From NCBI GenBank assembly GCA_964648665.1, contig CAZYOA010000004.1:52894-116893 (forward strand): 64,000 nucleotides of DNA, given 5' to 3'. Below the pieces are notes generated by a model. The model was not told the origin of the DNA. It ran no database searches and was given only the letters and a program-made list of their open reading frames with translations. A program made the translations under genes and the position numbers. Origin of the DNA: an uncultured Planctomycetales bacterium (lineage in GTDB: Bacteria > Omnitrophota > Gorgyraeia > Zapsychrales > Aceulaceae). The stretch's first letter is position 1; each line of letters begins with the position of its first letter. Of the stretch, positions 19,410 to 29,504 are shown piece after piece.

Positions 19410-21555
19410 GCTTTTAGATGCCTTAACTGAGAGAAATTTAGTTACTTACGAGCAAATTAAAGATGCTCGAATTAAGCAAGTAGGGGCTAAAAAATCGATT
19501 TCTGAGCTTTTAGTAGACATGGATTTTGTTCAGGAAGAAGATTTAGCTCGCGTTGCTTCTGATGTTTTTGGCCTTCCTGTTTGTAATCTTTCCCAAGAAG
19601 AAATTGATCCTGAAGCTATAAAAAAACTTCCTTTTGAAAAAGTTAAACGTTATGGCGTTTTTCCTTTTCGCATTGAAGATGGTCAGCTTTTGCTTGCCAT
19701 GTGTGATCCTCAAGATTTTGTTGCTTTAGAAGATATTAGTGCTATTTGCGGAATGGGCACAAGACCTGTTTTAGCAAAAAAGAGTGATATTGAAAGTCAT
19801 ATTGAAAAACATTATCTTTTGGATGATTTGACGTATGATTTGATTAAGAATATGACCGAAGATATTAAGATTGAAGTTGTTCAAAAAGATTCAGAAAAAG
19901 AAATATTTCAGGATGAATACTTTATTGGGCAAAAGTCTCCTATTGTCAGACTTTGTAATTTAATTGTTTCGGATGCGGTTAAGGCGAGAGCTAGCGATAT
20001 TCACATTGAGCCATACGAAAAAATTGTAGAGGTGCGCTATCGCGTTGATGGATATTTAAAAAATATTATGAAAATTCCTAAAAGGTTGCATCCTCCTTTG
20101 GCAGTGCGTATCAAGATTTTAACGGACCTTGATATTGCAGAAACACGAAAACCTCAAGACGGAAGAAGTAGTATTCTAATTGAAGGACGCAAGGTTGATT
20201 TACGCGTTTCTACAATTCCAACGTTTCATGGGGAAAAGATTGTTATTCGTCTTCTTGATCAAAAAAAATCGAGGGTTGAATTAGATAGTATTGGCTTTGA
20301 ATCTCAAAATTTAGAAATATTTAAAGAAGCTATTAATAGGCCTCAGGGCATTATTTTGATTACTGGCCCGACGGGAAGTGGTAAAACTTCGACATTGTAT
20401 GCAGCTCTTAATAATATTAAGAATGAAACAAAGAACATTGTTACGATTGAAGATCCTGTTGAGTATTTGATTCAAGGCGTTAATCAAATTCAAGTTAATC
20501 CTGTCAAAAATGTTACTTTTTCAACCGGATTAAAAAGTATTCTGCGTCAAGATCCAAATGTTATTTTGGTTGGAGAAATTCGTGACAAGGAAACAGCAGA
20601 TATTGCTTTTCGCGCATCTTTAACAGGGCATTTGGTTTTTTCTACTTTGCATACAAATAATGCGCTTTCAACAGTTGTTCGTCTTTACGATATTGGTCTT
20701 GAGCCGTATTTGGTTGGATCTTCTGTCATTTTAATTGTTGCACAGAGATTAGTTCGTTTGATTTGTAAGAATTGTAAGAAAGAGTATGAGCCTGGTGAAA
20801 AAGAAAACGAACGATTCGGGGCTTTTATCAAAAGACATGATATTAAGAAATTGTATCGCGCAGAAGGATGTGAGCATTGTAACTATATGGGTTTTTCTGG
20901 GCAAACTGCTATTTTTGAAATTATGCAGATTGATGCAAAAGTTAAGAATTTAATATCTCAAAAAGCTTCACAGGCTGATCTTTGGGAAGTTGTAAGGCAA
21001 AACGGTCTTCAAACTTTAGCTGAGGCAGGTGTTCAGAAAATTATTGATGGATTGACAACAATTGAAGAAATTGAACGTGTTTGTCAGCTTTCATCTGAGC
21101 AAACTTTAACAGAAGCGAGCAATCAAAAGAAAGCTTCTAAAGTTCCAGGTAGTATTTCAAGGGAACTTCATAAGCAAGTAAATAAAAAATTTCGTATTCT
21201 TATTGTTGATGACGAACCAGATATTCGAGAAGTGTTAAAAATGCGTCTCACTGTCGAGGGATATACTGTTTTAGAGGCAGAGGATGGTTCGGAAGGTGTC
21301 AAGCGGACATGTCAAGAAAAGCCAGATTTGGTTATTATGGATATTATGATGCCTGTTATGAATGGCATTGAGGCAACAAAGAAAATACGTGATAATCTTG
21401 AGATTGCAGCAACACCTGTTGTTATGTTGACGGCAAAAGCGACTAAAGAAGATGAGCTTCAGGGACTTGATGCTGGAGCTGACGATTATCTGAGTAAGCC
21501 TTTTGATGAAGATAAGCTTTTAGCAAGAATTCGAATGCTTCTTCGAAGAAGATAA
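19402..21555 (+). CDS. PilB/GspE-family secretion ATPase fused to a C-terminal receiver domain
   Basis: ASDIHIEP, Walker A GPTGSGKTS, TIEDPVEY, LRQDPNVILVGEIRD, STLHTN, Zn motif CKNC...CEHC. C-terminal REC: VDDE, MDIMMP, LTAK, KPF. Confidence 0.92.
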   Translation: MSKLLDALTERNLVTYEQIKDARIKQVGAKKSISELLVDMDFVQEEDLARVASDVFGLPVCNLSQEEIDPEAIKKLPFEKVKRYGVFPFRIEDGQLLLAMCDPQDFVALEDISAICGMGTRPVLAKKSDIESHIEKHYLLDDLTYDLIKNMTEDIKIEVVQKDSEKEIFQDEYFIGQKSPIVRLCNLIVSDAVKARASDIHIEPYEKIVEVRYRVDGYLKNIMKIPKRLHPPLAVRIKILTDLDIAETRKPQDGRSSILIEGRKVDLRVSTIPTFHGEKIVIRLLDQKKSRVELDSIGFESQNLEIFKEAINRPQGIILITGPTGSGKTSTLYAALNNIKNETKNIVTIEDPVEYLIQGVNQIQVNPVKNVTFSTGLKSILRQDPNVILVGEIRDKETADIAFRASLTGHLVFSTLHTNNALSTVVRLYDIGLEPYLVGSSVILIVAQRLVRLICKNCKKEYEPGEKENERFGAFIKRHDIKKLYRAEGCEHCNYMGFSGQTAIFEIMQIDAKVKNLISQKASQADLWEVVRQNGLQTLAEAGVQKIIDGLTTIEEIERVCQLSSEQTLTEASNQKKASKVPGSISRELHKQVNKKFRILIVDDEPDIREVLKMRLTVEGYTVLEAEDGSEGVKRTCQEKPDLVIMDIMMPVMNGIEATKKIRDNLEIAATPVVMLTAKATKEDELQGLDAGADDYLSKPFDEDKLLARIRMLLRRR

Positions 21556-21583
21556 ATTAAAAAAGAAAAGTAAAATAATTTTT

Positions 21584-23110
21584 ATGGCTTTTCCGCCAGA
21601 ATTAAGAATAAAATTTAAAGACCTCATTGCCCATCGAAGTGGTCTCTATTTTCGAGATCATGATTTAAGAAATTTAGAAAGCGCTATTGAGCAGAGAATT
21701 AAAGTAAAAAAATTTGATTCTTTCGCAACGTATTATTCCCATCTTATTGTATCTGATAAAAAAGATGATGAATTTCGTGAGCTTTTAAATCTATTAACAA
21801 TCAATCATACCTATTTCTTTAGAAATAAGCCTCATTTTATTACTCTTCGAGAAAAAGTTTTACCTGCAATCATAGAGAGAAAAAGACGAGAACATTTAAG
21901 GAATTCAGATCAACGTCTGCAGCTTCGTATTTGGAGCGCTGGATGCTCATCTGGAGAAGAGCCGTATTCGATTGCGATGACTATTGCTGATCTTATCGAC
22001 GATTTGGAGAATTGGGATATTAACGTGCTTGCAACGGATGCTTCTCAAACTGTTTTGGCAAAAGCACAAAAAGGTATTTATCAAGCCAGTTCTATGCGTC
22101 ATGTTGATGATGTGCGTTGTCAGAAATACTTTACTCAGAAGACGAATAATAAGGGTAAATGTGAATATGAAATTTCAAGCGATATTAAGAAAATGGTATC
22201 GTTTGGATTTTTTAATTTGATGGATGAAGATTACCCTATGGGATTTGATATTATTTTTTGCCGCAATGTTGTTATTTATTTTGAGCTTAAAACAACAATT
22301 GAAGTTATGAGTAAGTTTTACAATAGCCTTGTTGACGATGGATGCATGTTTATTGGTTATTCAGAGACGTTGCAGTTTATTAAAAATAAGTTTCAGATGG
22401 CAACATGGAAAGATGCGATTTATTATTTTAAGAATATTGACTCACAAAACATACCTTTGCAAGGTGAACAAGTAGGGGAAGAAAAAAAACCAGTTGATAT
22501 TGATAAGGTTTTAGGAGAAATTGCGCGCGCGGAAGCTTTGGCCAAGATGGAAAGTCAGCCAATAGCTGGAGAGGCACCTAAAAAGCTTGAAGATATTATT
22601 GTTGCGGTCACGAAACATCTTCATCTTAAAGAGTATGATCAGGGTCTTGATTTAATTACGCAAGGGAAAGCAATCGACGAGAAGTCAACGGATTTGTTTT
22701 ATTTGCAAGCAGAAATATTGATGAATCAGGGTAAAAGTGACGAGGCAAAAAATAGTTTAGAGGAAGCTCTAAAGCTAAACTCTCTTTTTATTCCTGCACA
22801 TTATTTAAATGGATGTATTTGTTTTGAAGAAGACCGATTTGAAGATGCTCAAGAAAGTCTTCGCAAAGCGCTTTTTCTAGATAATGATTTTTTGATCGCC
22901 CATTTCTATTTAGCTCAAGTGTTTAAGCAAGAAGATAAAGCTGATGATGCTATTCGTCAATACAGAAACACTTTAAAGTTGTTGTCATCAAAATCTTCAG
23001 ACACTATAATAGCCTACAGCGGCGGATTTAATGCGGCAACATTAATGAGTGTTTGTCGTGATAATTTGGAACGCCTAAAGTTTGGAATATTTACGGAGAA
23101 GGAAGAATAA
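21584..23110 (+). CDS. cheR: CheR methyltransferase with C-terminal TPR repeats (FrzF/WspC-like)
   Basis: TINHTYFFR, WSAGCSSGEEPYS, IFCRNVVIYF, TPR-like helical repeats. Confidence 0.93.
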   Translation: MAFPPELRIKFKDLIAHRSGLYFRDHDLRNLESAIEQRIKVKKFDSFATYYSHLIVSDKKDDEFRELLNLLTINHTYFFRNKPHFITLREKVLPAIIERKRREHLRNSDQRLQLRIWSAGCSSGEEPYSIAMTIADLIDDLENWDINVLATDASQTVLAKAQKGIYQASSMRHVDDVRCQKYFTQKTNNKGKCEYEISSDIKKMVSFGFFNLMDEDYPMGFDIIFCRNVVIYFELKTTIEVMSKFYNSLVDDGCMFIGYSETLQFIKNKFQMATWKDAIYYFKNIDSQNIPLQGEQVGEEKKPVDIDKVLGEIARAEALAKMESQPIAGEAPKKLEDIIVAVTKHLHLKEYDQGLDLITQGKAIDEKSTDLFYLQAEILMNQGKSDEAKNSLEEALKLNSLFIPAHYLNGCICFEEDRFEDAQESLRKALFLDNDFLIAHFYLAQVFKQEDKADDAIRQYRNTLKLLSSKSSDTIIAYSGGFNAATLMSVCRDNLERLKFGIFTEKEE

Positions 23111-23113
23111 GAA

Positions 23114-23596
23114 ATGAAAGCCATTGTTTTTGTTTTAGAAGAAAAATCGTATGCAATAAACATTTCTCAGATTTCAGAAGTTATCCGGATGAGAGAGATG
23201 ACGCCGATTCCAGATAGTGCGGATTTTGTTGAAGGCATTATTAGTCTCCATGGAAAAGTTATTCCAATTATAAATTTAAGAAAAAAGATTGGAATTGTGG
23301 CTCAACAAGGCACCACGCAGTGTCGCGTTATTGTTGTAAAAGTCAATAATCAGTTGATCGGAATTATTGTTGATAGCGTTTCTGATGTTGTTGCGTTTGA
23401 AGATGAATCCGTTGTTCCTCCCGACGATGTTTTAAAAGAAACTGTGTATTTAACAGGAGTTGTTAAGTCTGAATCAAAGATTATTTTGATTCTTGATATT
23501 GAAAAACTTTTAAGTGAAGATGCTCAGAGAAGCGCTGAAAAGATTCATAAGCATGTTGAGGTAAAAAGAAAGGCAAGCGTTGATGGAAAGCGATGA
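23114..23596 (+). CDS. cheW: CheW adaptor
   Basis: TPIP..FVEGIISLHG..IPIINL, GIIVDSV. Confidence 0.92.
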   Translation: MKAIVFVLEEKSYAINISQISEVIRMREMTPIPDSADFVEGIISLHGKVIPIINLRKKIGIVAQQGTTQCRVIVVKVNNQLIGIIVDSVSDVVAFEDESVVPPDDVLKETVYLTGVVKSESKIILILDIEKLLSEDAQRSAEKIHKHVEVKRKASVDGKR

Positions 23597-24104
23597 AAAG
23601 ATTATCATTGAAGTTGATGATCAAGATTTATTAAATCAAGACGATAAAAAGCACACTATCCGAGTCTTAACATTTTGTCTTGGTGGCGAGAATTACTGTA
23701 TTGATATTAATCACGCCAAAGAAGTTGTCCGTTTGCCAGAAATAACAAAAGTGCCCAATGCCCCCGCCTTTATTGTGGGGATTATAAATTTAAGAGGTGA
23801 GGTCTTATCTGTTTTAGATATTCATTATTTCTTTGGATTAGAGAAAAAAGGAAAACCGCAGGATGCGCGTTTGATTGTTACAGATGTTGTTGGTGAATCT
23901 TTAGGAATCATGGTTGATAGAATCAAGGATGCGATTGATATTGATCAGCTATCAATTCAGCCGCCGCTGGCGACGCTAAAAGGGAACTTGTCAGCATATA
24001 CAAAAGGTCAGATACAGCTCGGCGATGAGATTTATATTCTTTTGGATATTTATAATATTTTAAATTGTGATGAAATAAAAAATTTGCGAAAAGGAAATAT
24101 TTAA
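23583..24104 (+). CDS. cheW: Second CheW adaptor
   Basis: TKVPNAP.FIVGIINLRGEVL, GIMVD. Confidence 0.92.
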   Translation: MESDEKIIIEVDDQDLLNQDDKKHTIRVLTFCLGGENYCIDINHAKEVVRLPEITKVPNAPAFIVGIINLRGEVLSVLDIHYFFGLEKKGKPQDARLIVTDVVGESLGIMVDRIKDAIDIDQLSIQPPLATLKGNLSAYTKGQIQLGDEIYILLDIYNILNCDEIKNLRKGNI

Positions 24105-24138
24105 ATTTTAATATTTATTTAAAAAGGGGAGTAAAAAA

Positions 24139-25563
24139 ATGAAGAAAAAAGTTTTAATTGGGTTTATTTTTATTTTATTAATGGTACTGGTTCTTGGAAT
24201 TGTTTCACTTGTTAGCATTAATCATATTAATGAAAGCTGGGATGATGCCCAAAAAGAAGGTTCGGCTTTGGTAGATTTTAGTCAAGATTTTGCTCTTGCT
24301 TTTCAGCATTGTCGAACAGATGAAAAAGATTTTATTTTGCGACATGAGGCAAAAGGTTTTAAATTTTCTAAAGATAAGTACATCGAGGATCGATTTAAAA
24401 GCAGAGATGTTAAGGAAGCTAGAAAAGCTTTGCAAGAACTTAAAAATATTAAAGTAATAATAGAAGAGGAGTATCTTGAAAGGCTAAAAATTGAAAAGCT
24501 AGAAGAGTTATTTAATATTTATGTTTCGCAAGTATTAGCCATGGTTGATGGTTTAGAGAAATCTTTAGAAAATGAGCACGAAGATGGATCATTAGGAAAT
24601 AAAGATTCTAATTTTGCTCAAACTGCTGCATTAATAAAGCCTATCGTTAAAGAGATTTTAGAAGTAGGGCATGAAGATTACAAGCATCATGTTGCCGAAG
24701 CTCATGCTATTGAGGATTCTGCTACCTCTACAATCTACATATCGCTGTTTGTTGTTATGTTGCTGGGGGCGTTTGTTGTATTTTATATCCTTGGTGTTAT
24801 TAGCAGAGCTATTAAAACATTGACAGGTGTTGTTCAGCGAGTTACTTCTGCTTCAACCGAGATTTTAGCTGCTAGTCAGCAACAAACATCAGGAGCGCGA
24901 GAACAATCTTCGGCAGTTGCAGAGACGACATCCTCGGCTAAAGAGCTTTCAGCCACTTCTGAACAGGTTGGGGACAGTATTCGTCGCGTTTCTGAAGCGG
25001 CAGGTCATGCGTTAGCTGGTATGGCAAAGATTAAAGACTCTATTGGAAAGACAAGTGAAATGATTGCTTCTTTAGGAGAGAAGTCTCAGAAAATTGGAAA
25101 AATTACATCTCTTATTGATGATGTGGCAGATCAGACAAATTTGCTAGCAGTTAATGCTTCTATTGAGGCGGCTCGTGCTGGAGAGCAAGGGCGCGGATTT
25201 ACAGTTGTTGCTGATGAAATTCGAAAGTTATCAGATTCAACAGCAAAATCGACAACAGACATTACGTCTTTGATTGAAATTATTCAGCATGAAATGACAA
25301 ATTCCATTATGTCTATGGAGGGAAGTTTGCGTAGCGTTGATGATGAAGCAAAGCTTGCTCAGCAAACAGCAGAGCGGTCTAAGGAAATTGCAATGAGTGC
25401 AAATCAGCAAATTAGCGGATCAAAACAAATTTCTGAGGCCATGGGCAATATTGATGAGGCGATGAAGCAAATTGTTGCTGGTGCGCAACAAACACAGCAA
25501 GCGGTTAAAGATCTTTCTGCTTTGGGAGAAGAGCTTAATAAATTATCCAAAGAGCTTGAATAA
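24139..25563 (+). CDS. Methyl-accepting chemotaxis protein
   Basis: Two TM helices, periplasmic helical sensor, [23 protein letters not shown] tip. Confidence 0.95.
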   Translation: MKKKVLIGFIFILLMVLVLGIVSLVSINHINESWDDAQKEGSALVDFSQDFALAFQHCRTDEKDFILRHEAKGFKFSKDKYIEDRFKSRDVKEARKALQELKNIKVIIEEEYLERLKIEKLEELFNIYVSQVLAMVDGLEKSLENEHEDGSLGNKDSNFAQTAALIKPIVKEILEVGHEDYKHHVAEAHAIEDSATSTIYISLFVVMLLGAFVVFYILGVISRAIKTLTGVVQRVTSASTEILAASQQQTSGAREQSSAVAETTSSAKELSATSEQVGDSIRRVSEAAGHALAGMAKIKDSIGKTSEMIASLGEKSQKIGKITSLIDDVADQTNLLAVNASIEAARAGEQGRGFTVVADEIRKLSDSTAKSTTDITSLIEIIQHEMTNSIMSMEGSLRSVDDEAKLAQQTAERSKEIAMSANQQISGSKQISEAMGNIDEAMKQIVAGAQQTQQAVKDLSALGEELNKLSKELE

Positions 25564-25582
25564 ATATAAACAAGGAATTTAA

Positions 25583-27697
25583 GTGGCATTTGATAAAGCA
25601 AAATATTTAGAAGGCTTTAAAGCGGAAGTTAAAGAGCTTTTGCAAGATTTGAGTTTGGGGCTTTTAAAGCTGGAGAAAAAGCCGACAAACAAAAAGCTTC
25701 TTGAAAGCCTTATGCGTAAAGCACATACTATCAAGGGATCAGCGACGATGATGGGATATAAACGTATTGCAGACATATCTCACAACATGGAGGATGGGCT
25801 TGATCGTGCCTTACAAGGAGAGTTAAGTTTAAAGAAGAATCATTTTGATATATTGCTTAAATGTTTAGATGCGATTGATCCTCTTTTGGAGGATAAAGTA
25901 ACATGGCAGGACAAAGGCATTGATGCTTCTTTTGTTGAGAATATTTGTGCTGAGGCGAAGAGCGCTTTTTGTGAAGATGAAATTTCTGAAGAATCTAAAA
26001 AGAAAGAGTCAAAAGAAGAGCTTGCTAAGAAAGAAGAAATTGCTGAAGAAGATTGGAAAGAGGCGAAGACGGAAGATAGTATTCGAATTAATGTTAGCCA
26101 GTTAAATAAACTTGTTAATCTTTCTGGAGAAATGCTTGTTAGTAAAATCCGTTTAAAAGAGCTTGTTTCAGGGCTACAACAGAAAGTGTCAGAAGTTCCT
26201 GATATTGGAGAATCTTTTATTGAAATTAGCAAAGGATTGACTTCCCTCGGAGACACAATGGATTTCTTGACTTCTAATATGCAAGAAGAGGTTATGAAAT
26301 CTCGAATGATTCCAATATCGTATTTATTTAATACTTTTCCGAGAGCAATGCGTGATTTAGCGCGACAAAAAGGAAAAAATATTCAGCTTGAAATTAATGG
26401 ACAAAATACGTATTTGGATAAAACGATTGTTGATCAGGTTAAGGATCCTATCATGCATTTGTTGCGTAATGCCGTCGATCATGGTGTTGAGACGATAGAG
26501 AAAAGACAGGAAAAAGGAAAGCCAGAAGAAAGCAAGATTGCACTTTCAGCTTATCAAGAAGGATCTTTGGTTGTTATTGAAGTTTCTGACGATGGAAATG
26601 GTATCGATGTTGAAAAAGTAAAACAGCATGCTGTTAGCAAAGGGCTTGTTTCCGAAAGTCGTATTAATGATATGATCGATGACCAAGTGTATCAGTTGCT
26701 TTTTTCTCCAGGTTTTAGCACGGCAGAGGAAGTAACAGAAACGTCTGGGCGTGGCGTAGGATTAGACGTTGTTCGTGAAAATATTGTTCAGCTTAAAGGC
26801 ATGATTGAGGTTCAATCAGATCCAGGGAAAGGAACAAGGTTTATTATTAAGCTTCCTTTAACGCTTGCCATCACCGAAAGTCTTTTGGTTGCTGCGGGTA
26901 GCGATATGTTTGCAATTCCCATTGAATCTGTTGTTGAAACAATTCGAATTAAAACTGATGAGATTAAAACGATTGAAGCAAGAGATGTTGTTGTTGTTCG
27001 AGGGCATATTTTGCCTTTGGTTCGTATTTCAGATATTTTTGGTATTTCTCGAAAAGGAATTTTTGAAAAGAATTTTTCGCCTGTTGTTATTGTTCAATCT
27101 GTTGAAAAAAGAATTGCCATTTTAATTGATGATTTGATAGGCCGACAAGAAATTATTACAAAAGCGATTGGCGATCCTTTAAAGAATGTTCGCGATATCG
27201 CAGGAGCCACAATTTTAGGAAATGGAAAAGTTATTCTTATTTTAGATGTTCCATCGATTATTGATTCTGCTGAAGGGGTTATTGTTAAAAGACCAATTGC
27301 TGTGTTAAAGCCAGCTATTCAAGGGAAAAAGAAAAAGACAATTCTTTTAGCCGAGGATGTCTTGAGCACAGCGATGCTTGAAAAAAATATTCTAGAATCT
27401 TCAGGCTTTTCTGTTGTGATTGCACGTGATGGAAAAGAAGCTTTGGACCGCGCCGCTCAAGAAACGTTTGATCTTGTTATTTCTGATGTTTTGATGCCGC
27501 GAATGGATGGATTTGAACTTGCAACAAACTTAAGAAAAAGCAAGACACATAAGGGTGTTCCTATTATCATGGTAACAACGAGAGAAAAAGATGAAGATAA
27601 GCGCCGAGGTTTAGAGGCTGGGGCGAATGCCTATATTTTAAAGAAAGATTTTACATCAGAGATTTTATTAGAAACGATTGAACGATTGGTTGGATAG
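25583..27697 (+). CDS. cheA: Hybrid CheA histidine kinase with C-terminal receiver (FrzE/WspE-like)
   Basis: Hpt AHTIKGSA, HLLRNAVDHG, DDGNG, SGRGVGLDVV, CheW-like domain, REC. Confidence 0.95.
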   Translation: MAFDKAKYLEGFKAEVKELLQDLSLGLLKLEKKPTNKKLLESLMRKAHTIKGSATMMGYKRIADISHNMEDGLDRALQGELSLKKNHFDILLKCLDAIDPLLEDKVTWQDKGIDASFVENICAEAKSAFCEDEISEESKKKESKEELAKKEEIAEEDWKEAKTEDSIRINVSQLNKLVNLSGEMLVSKIRLKELVSGLQQKVSEVPDIGESFIEISKGLTSLGDTMDFLTSNMQEEVMKSRMIPISYLFNTFPRAMRDLARQKGKNIQLEINGQNTYLDKTIVDQVKDPIMHLLRNAVDHGVETIEKRQEKGKPEESKIALSAYQEGSLVVIEVSDDGNGIDVEKVKQHAVSKGLVSESRINDMIDDQVYQLLFSPGFSTAEEVTETSGRGVGLDVVRENIVQLKGMIEVQSDPGKGTRFIIKLPLTLAITESLLVAAGSDMFAIPIESVVETIRIKTDEIKTIEARDVVVVRGHILPLVRISDIFGISRKGIFEKNFSPVVIVQSVEKRIAILIDDLIGRQEIITKAIGDPLKNVRDIAGATILGNGKVILILDVPSIIDSAEGVIVKRPIAVLKPAIQGKKKKTILLAEDVLSTAMLEKNILESSGFSVVIARDGKEALDRAAQETFDLVISDVLMPRMDGFELATNLRKSKTHKGVPIIMVTTREKDEDKRRGLEAGANAYILKKDFTSEILLETIERLVG

Positions 27698-27714
27698 CTG
27701 ATAAAGGAGTTTGC

Positions 27715-28089
27715 ATGGAAAAGAAAGTTTTAATCATAGAAGATTCAAAGACGGATGCGAATATTTTAGTAGATTTATTGCGAGAAGAAGGGTTGATTGC
27801 GGAAGTTGCCTCGACAGGGAAAAGAGGTCTTGAGCTTGCACAGGAAATGGTTCCAGATCTTGTTCTTCTTGATTTGATGCTTCCTGATATGTCTGGACTG
27901 GATATTTGTTCTGAGATTAAGAGTGATAATCGGCTCAAAAATACTATGGTTGTCGTTGTTAGCAGTCAAGATGATATTAAGGTTATTACGGAGGCTTTTC
28001 ATCGGCATGCCGATGATTATATTTTGAAACCACCTGTGCCAGAATTTTTAATTAAGAAAATAAAACTATATATTGGAAATCGAAATTAA
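27715..28089 (+). CDS. Single-domain response regulator
   Basis: IEDS, LLDLMLP, ADDYILKP. Confidence 0.9.
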   Translation: MEKKVLIIEDSKTDANILVDLLREEGLIAEVASTGKRGLELAQEMVPDLVLLDLMLPDMSGLDICSEIKSDNRLKNTMVVVVSSQDDIKVITEAFHRHADDYILKPPVPEFLIKKIKLYIGNRN

Positions 28090-28094
28090 TAAAA

Positions 28095-29126
28095 ATGGAT
28101 AATAAAATACGAGTTTTGATTGTTGATGATTCTGCTTTAATGCGAAAAGCATTAGAGGAAATTTTGACATCAGATGAAAATATTGAAGTTGTTGGTTTTG
28201 CAAAAGACGGACAAGAGGCATGTGAAAAAGTACGTGTCTTAAAGCCAAACGTTATTACAATTGATATTAACATGCCGGTTATGAATGGTCTTGATGCGAT
28301 ACAGGCGATTATGTCTGATGTTCCTACGCCTATCATTGTTGTTAGCAGTATGGATGCGAGAATTGTTGCGAAAGCACTCGTTATTGGAGCTATGGATTTT
28401 GTTGTTGTTTCAGATGAAATTGACGAAGTTTCTAAGAGCTTGATTGAAAAAGTTAAGATTTCATCAAATGTGCGACCGTTAAAGCGGATACCTCCTAAAA
28501 TCTTTGAACTAAAAGAAAAAAAGGAAAAAGATTTTAAAAAAGAGTTTTCTAGTGAGAAAGATCTAGATTTTGTTGTTTCAATCGGAGCTTCAACGGGAGG
28601 GCCTCAGGCTCTTCAGGTTGTTCTTTCTTCTTTGCCCGAAAGTTTCAATGCTGGCATATTGATCGTTCAGCATATGTCTGATGGTTTTATTGGAGGCTTG
28701 GCAGATTGGCTTTCGTCTGTAACGCCACACAAAGTTGAACTTGCACGGACAGGTGATATTTTGAAGAATGGAAAAATCTTTTTAGCACCGGATCGATACC
28801 ATTTATGCATTGATGATCATGGCGTTATTCAGTTAAAAAAAGGATCTTTAAGTAAGTCAGGATTTGTTCCTTCTATAGATGAGACGATGGCTTCTGTTGG
28901 CGAAAGTTTTGGCTCGCGTTCAATTGGAGTTATCATGACAGGCATGGGAAGAGACGGGTCAGTTGGGATAGAAACGCTTAAGCGATGCAAAGGAAAAACA
29001 ATTGCTCAAGATGAGGAAACATCTGTTATTTTTGGTATGAATAAAGAAGCCATTGATAAGGGGTGTATTGATTGCATCGTTTCATTGGATAAAATTAGCG
29101 AAACAATCTATAATATAATATCTTAA
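28095..29126 (+). CDS. cheB: CheB methylesterase (REC plus catalytic domain)
   Basis: VDDSALMR, GASTGGP, VQHM, TGMGRDG. Confidence 0.96.
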   Translation: MDNKIRVLIVDDSALMRKALEEILTSDENIEVVGFAKDGQEACEKVRVLKPNVITIDINMPVMNGLDAIQAIMSDVPTPIIVVSSMDARIVAKALVIGAMDFVVVSDEIDEVSKSLIEKVKISSNVRPLKRIPPKIFELKEKKEKDFKKEFSSEKDLDFVVSIGASTGGPQALQVVLSSLPESFNAGILIVQHMSDGFIGGLADWLSSVTPHKVELARTGDILKNGKIFLAPDRYHLCIDDHGVIQLKKGSLSKSGFVPSIDETMASVGESFGSRSIGVIMTGMGRDGSVGIETLKRCKGKTIAQDEETSVIFGMNKEAIDKGCIDCIVSLDKISETIYNIIS

Positions 29127-29144
29127 AAACTTAAGGATAGATTT

Positions 29145-29504
29145 ATGAATAAAAAAGTTTTAATCATCGATGACAGTGCTTTTGTTTTAAATATGCTTAA
29201 AGATATGCTAGAAGAGAAATGTTTTTCTTGCTTGACAGCTGAAGATGGCGAAAAAGGAGTTGCAGTTGCAATTAGCGATAAACCAGATATCGTTATATGC
29301 GATACGCTTTTACCTGGAATAGATGGGTTTGAAGCATGTCGGCAAATAAGAGAGCAGTTAAATTCTGAAACAACAAAAATTATTGTTATGACAGGAACAG
29401 CTGATGCTATTGATGCTGTTAAAGCGCGAGAAGTTGGTGCGGATGATTATTGTGCCAAAACAAGCGATTTTAGTGTTTTAATAAAAGCGATAGAGAAAAT
29501 ATAA
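29145..29504 (+). CDS. Single-domain response regulator
   Basis: IDDS, ICDTLLP, MTG, GADDYCAKT. Confidence 0.88.
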   Translation: MNKKVLIIDDSAFVLNMLKDMLEEKCFSCLTAEDGEKGVAVAISDKPDIVICDTLLPGIDGFEACRQIREQLNSETTKIIVMTGTADAIDAVKAREVGADDYCAKTSDFSVLIKAIEKI

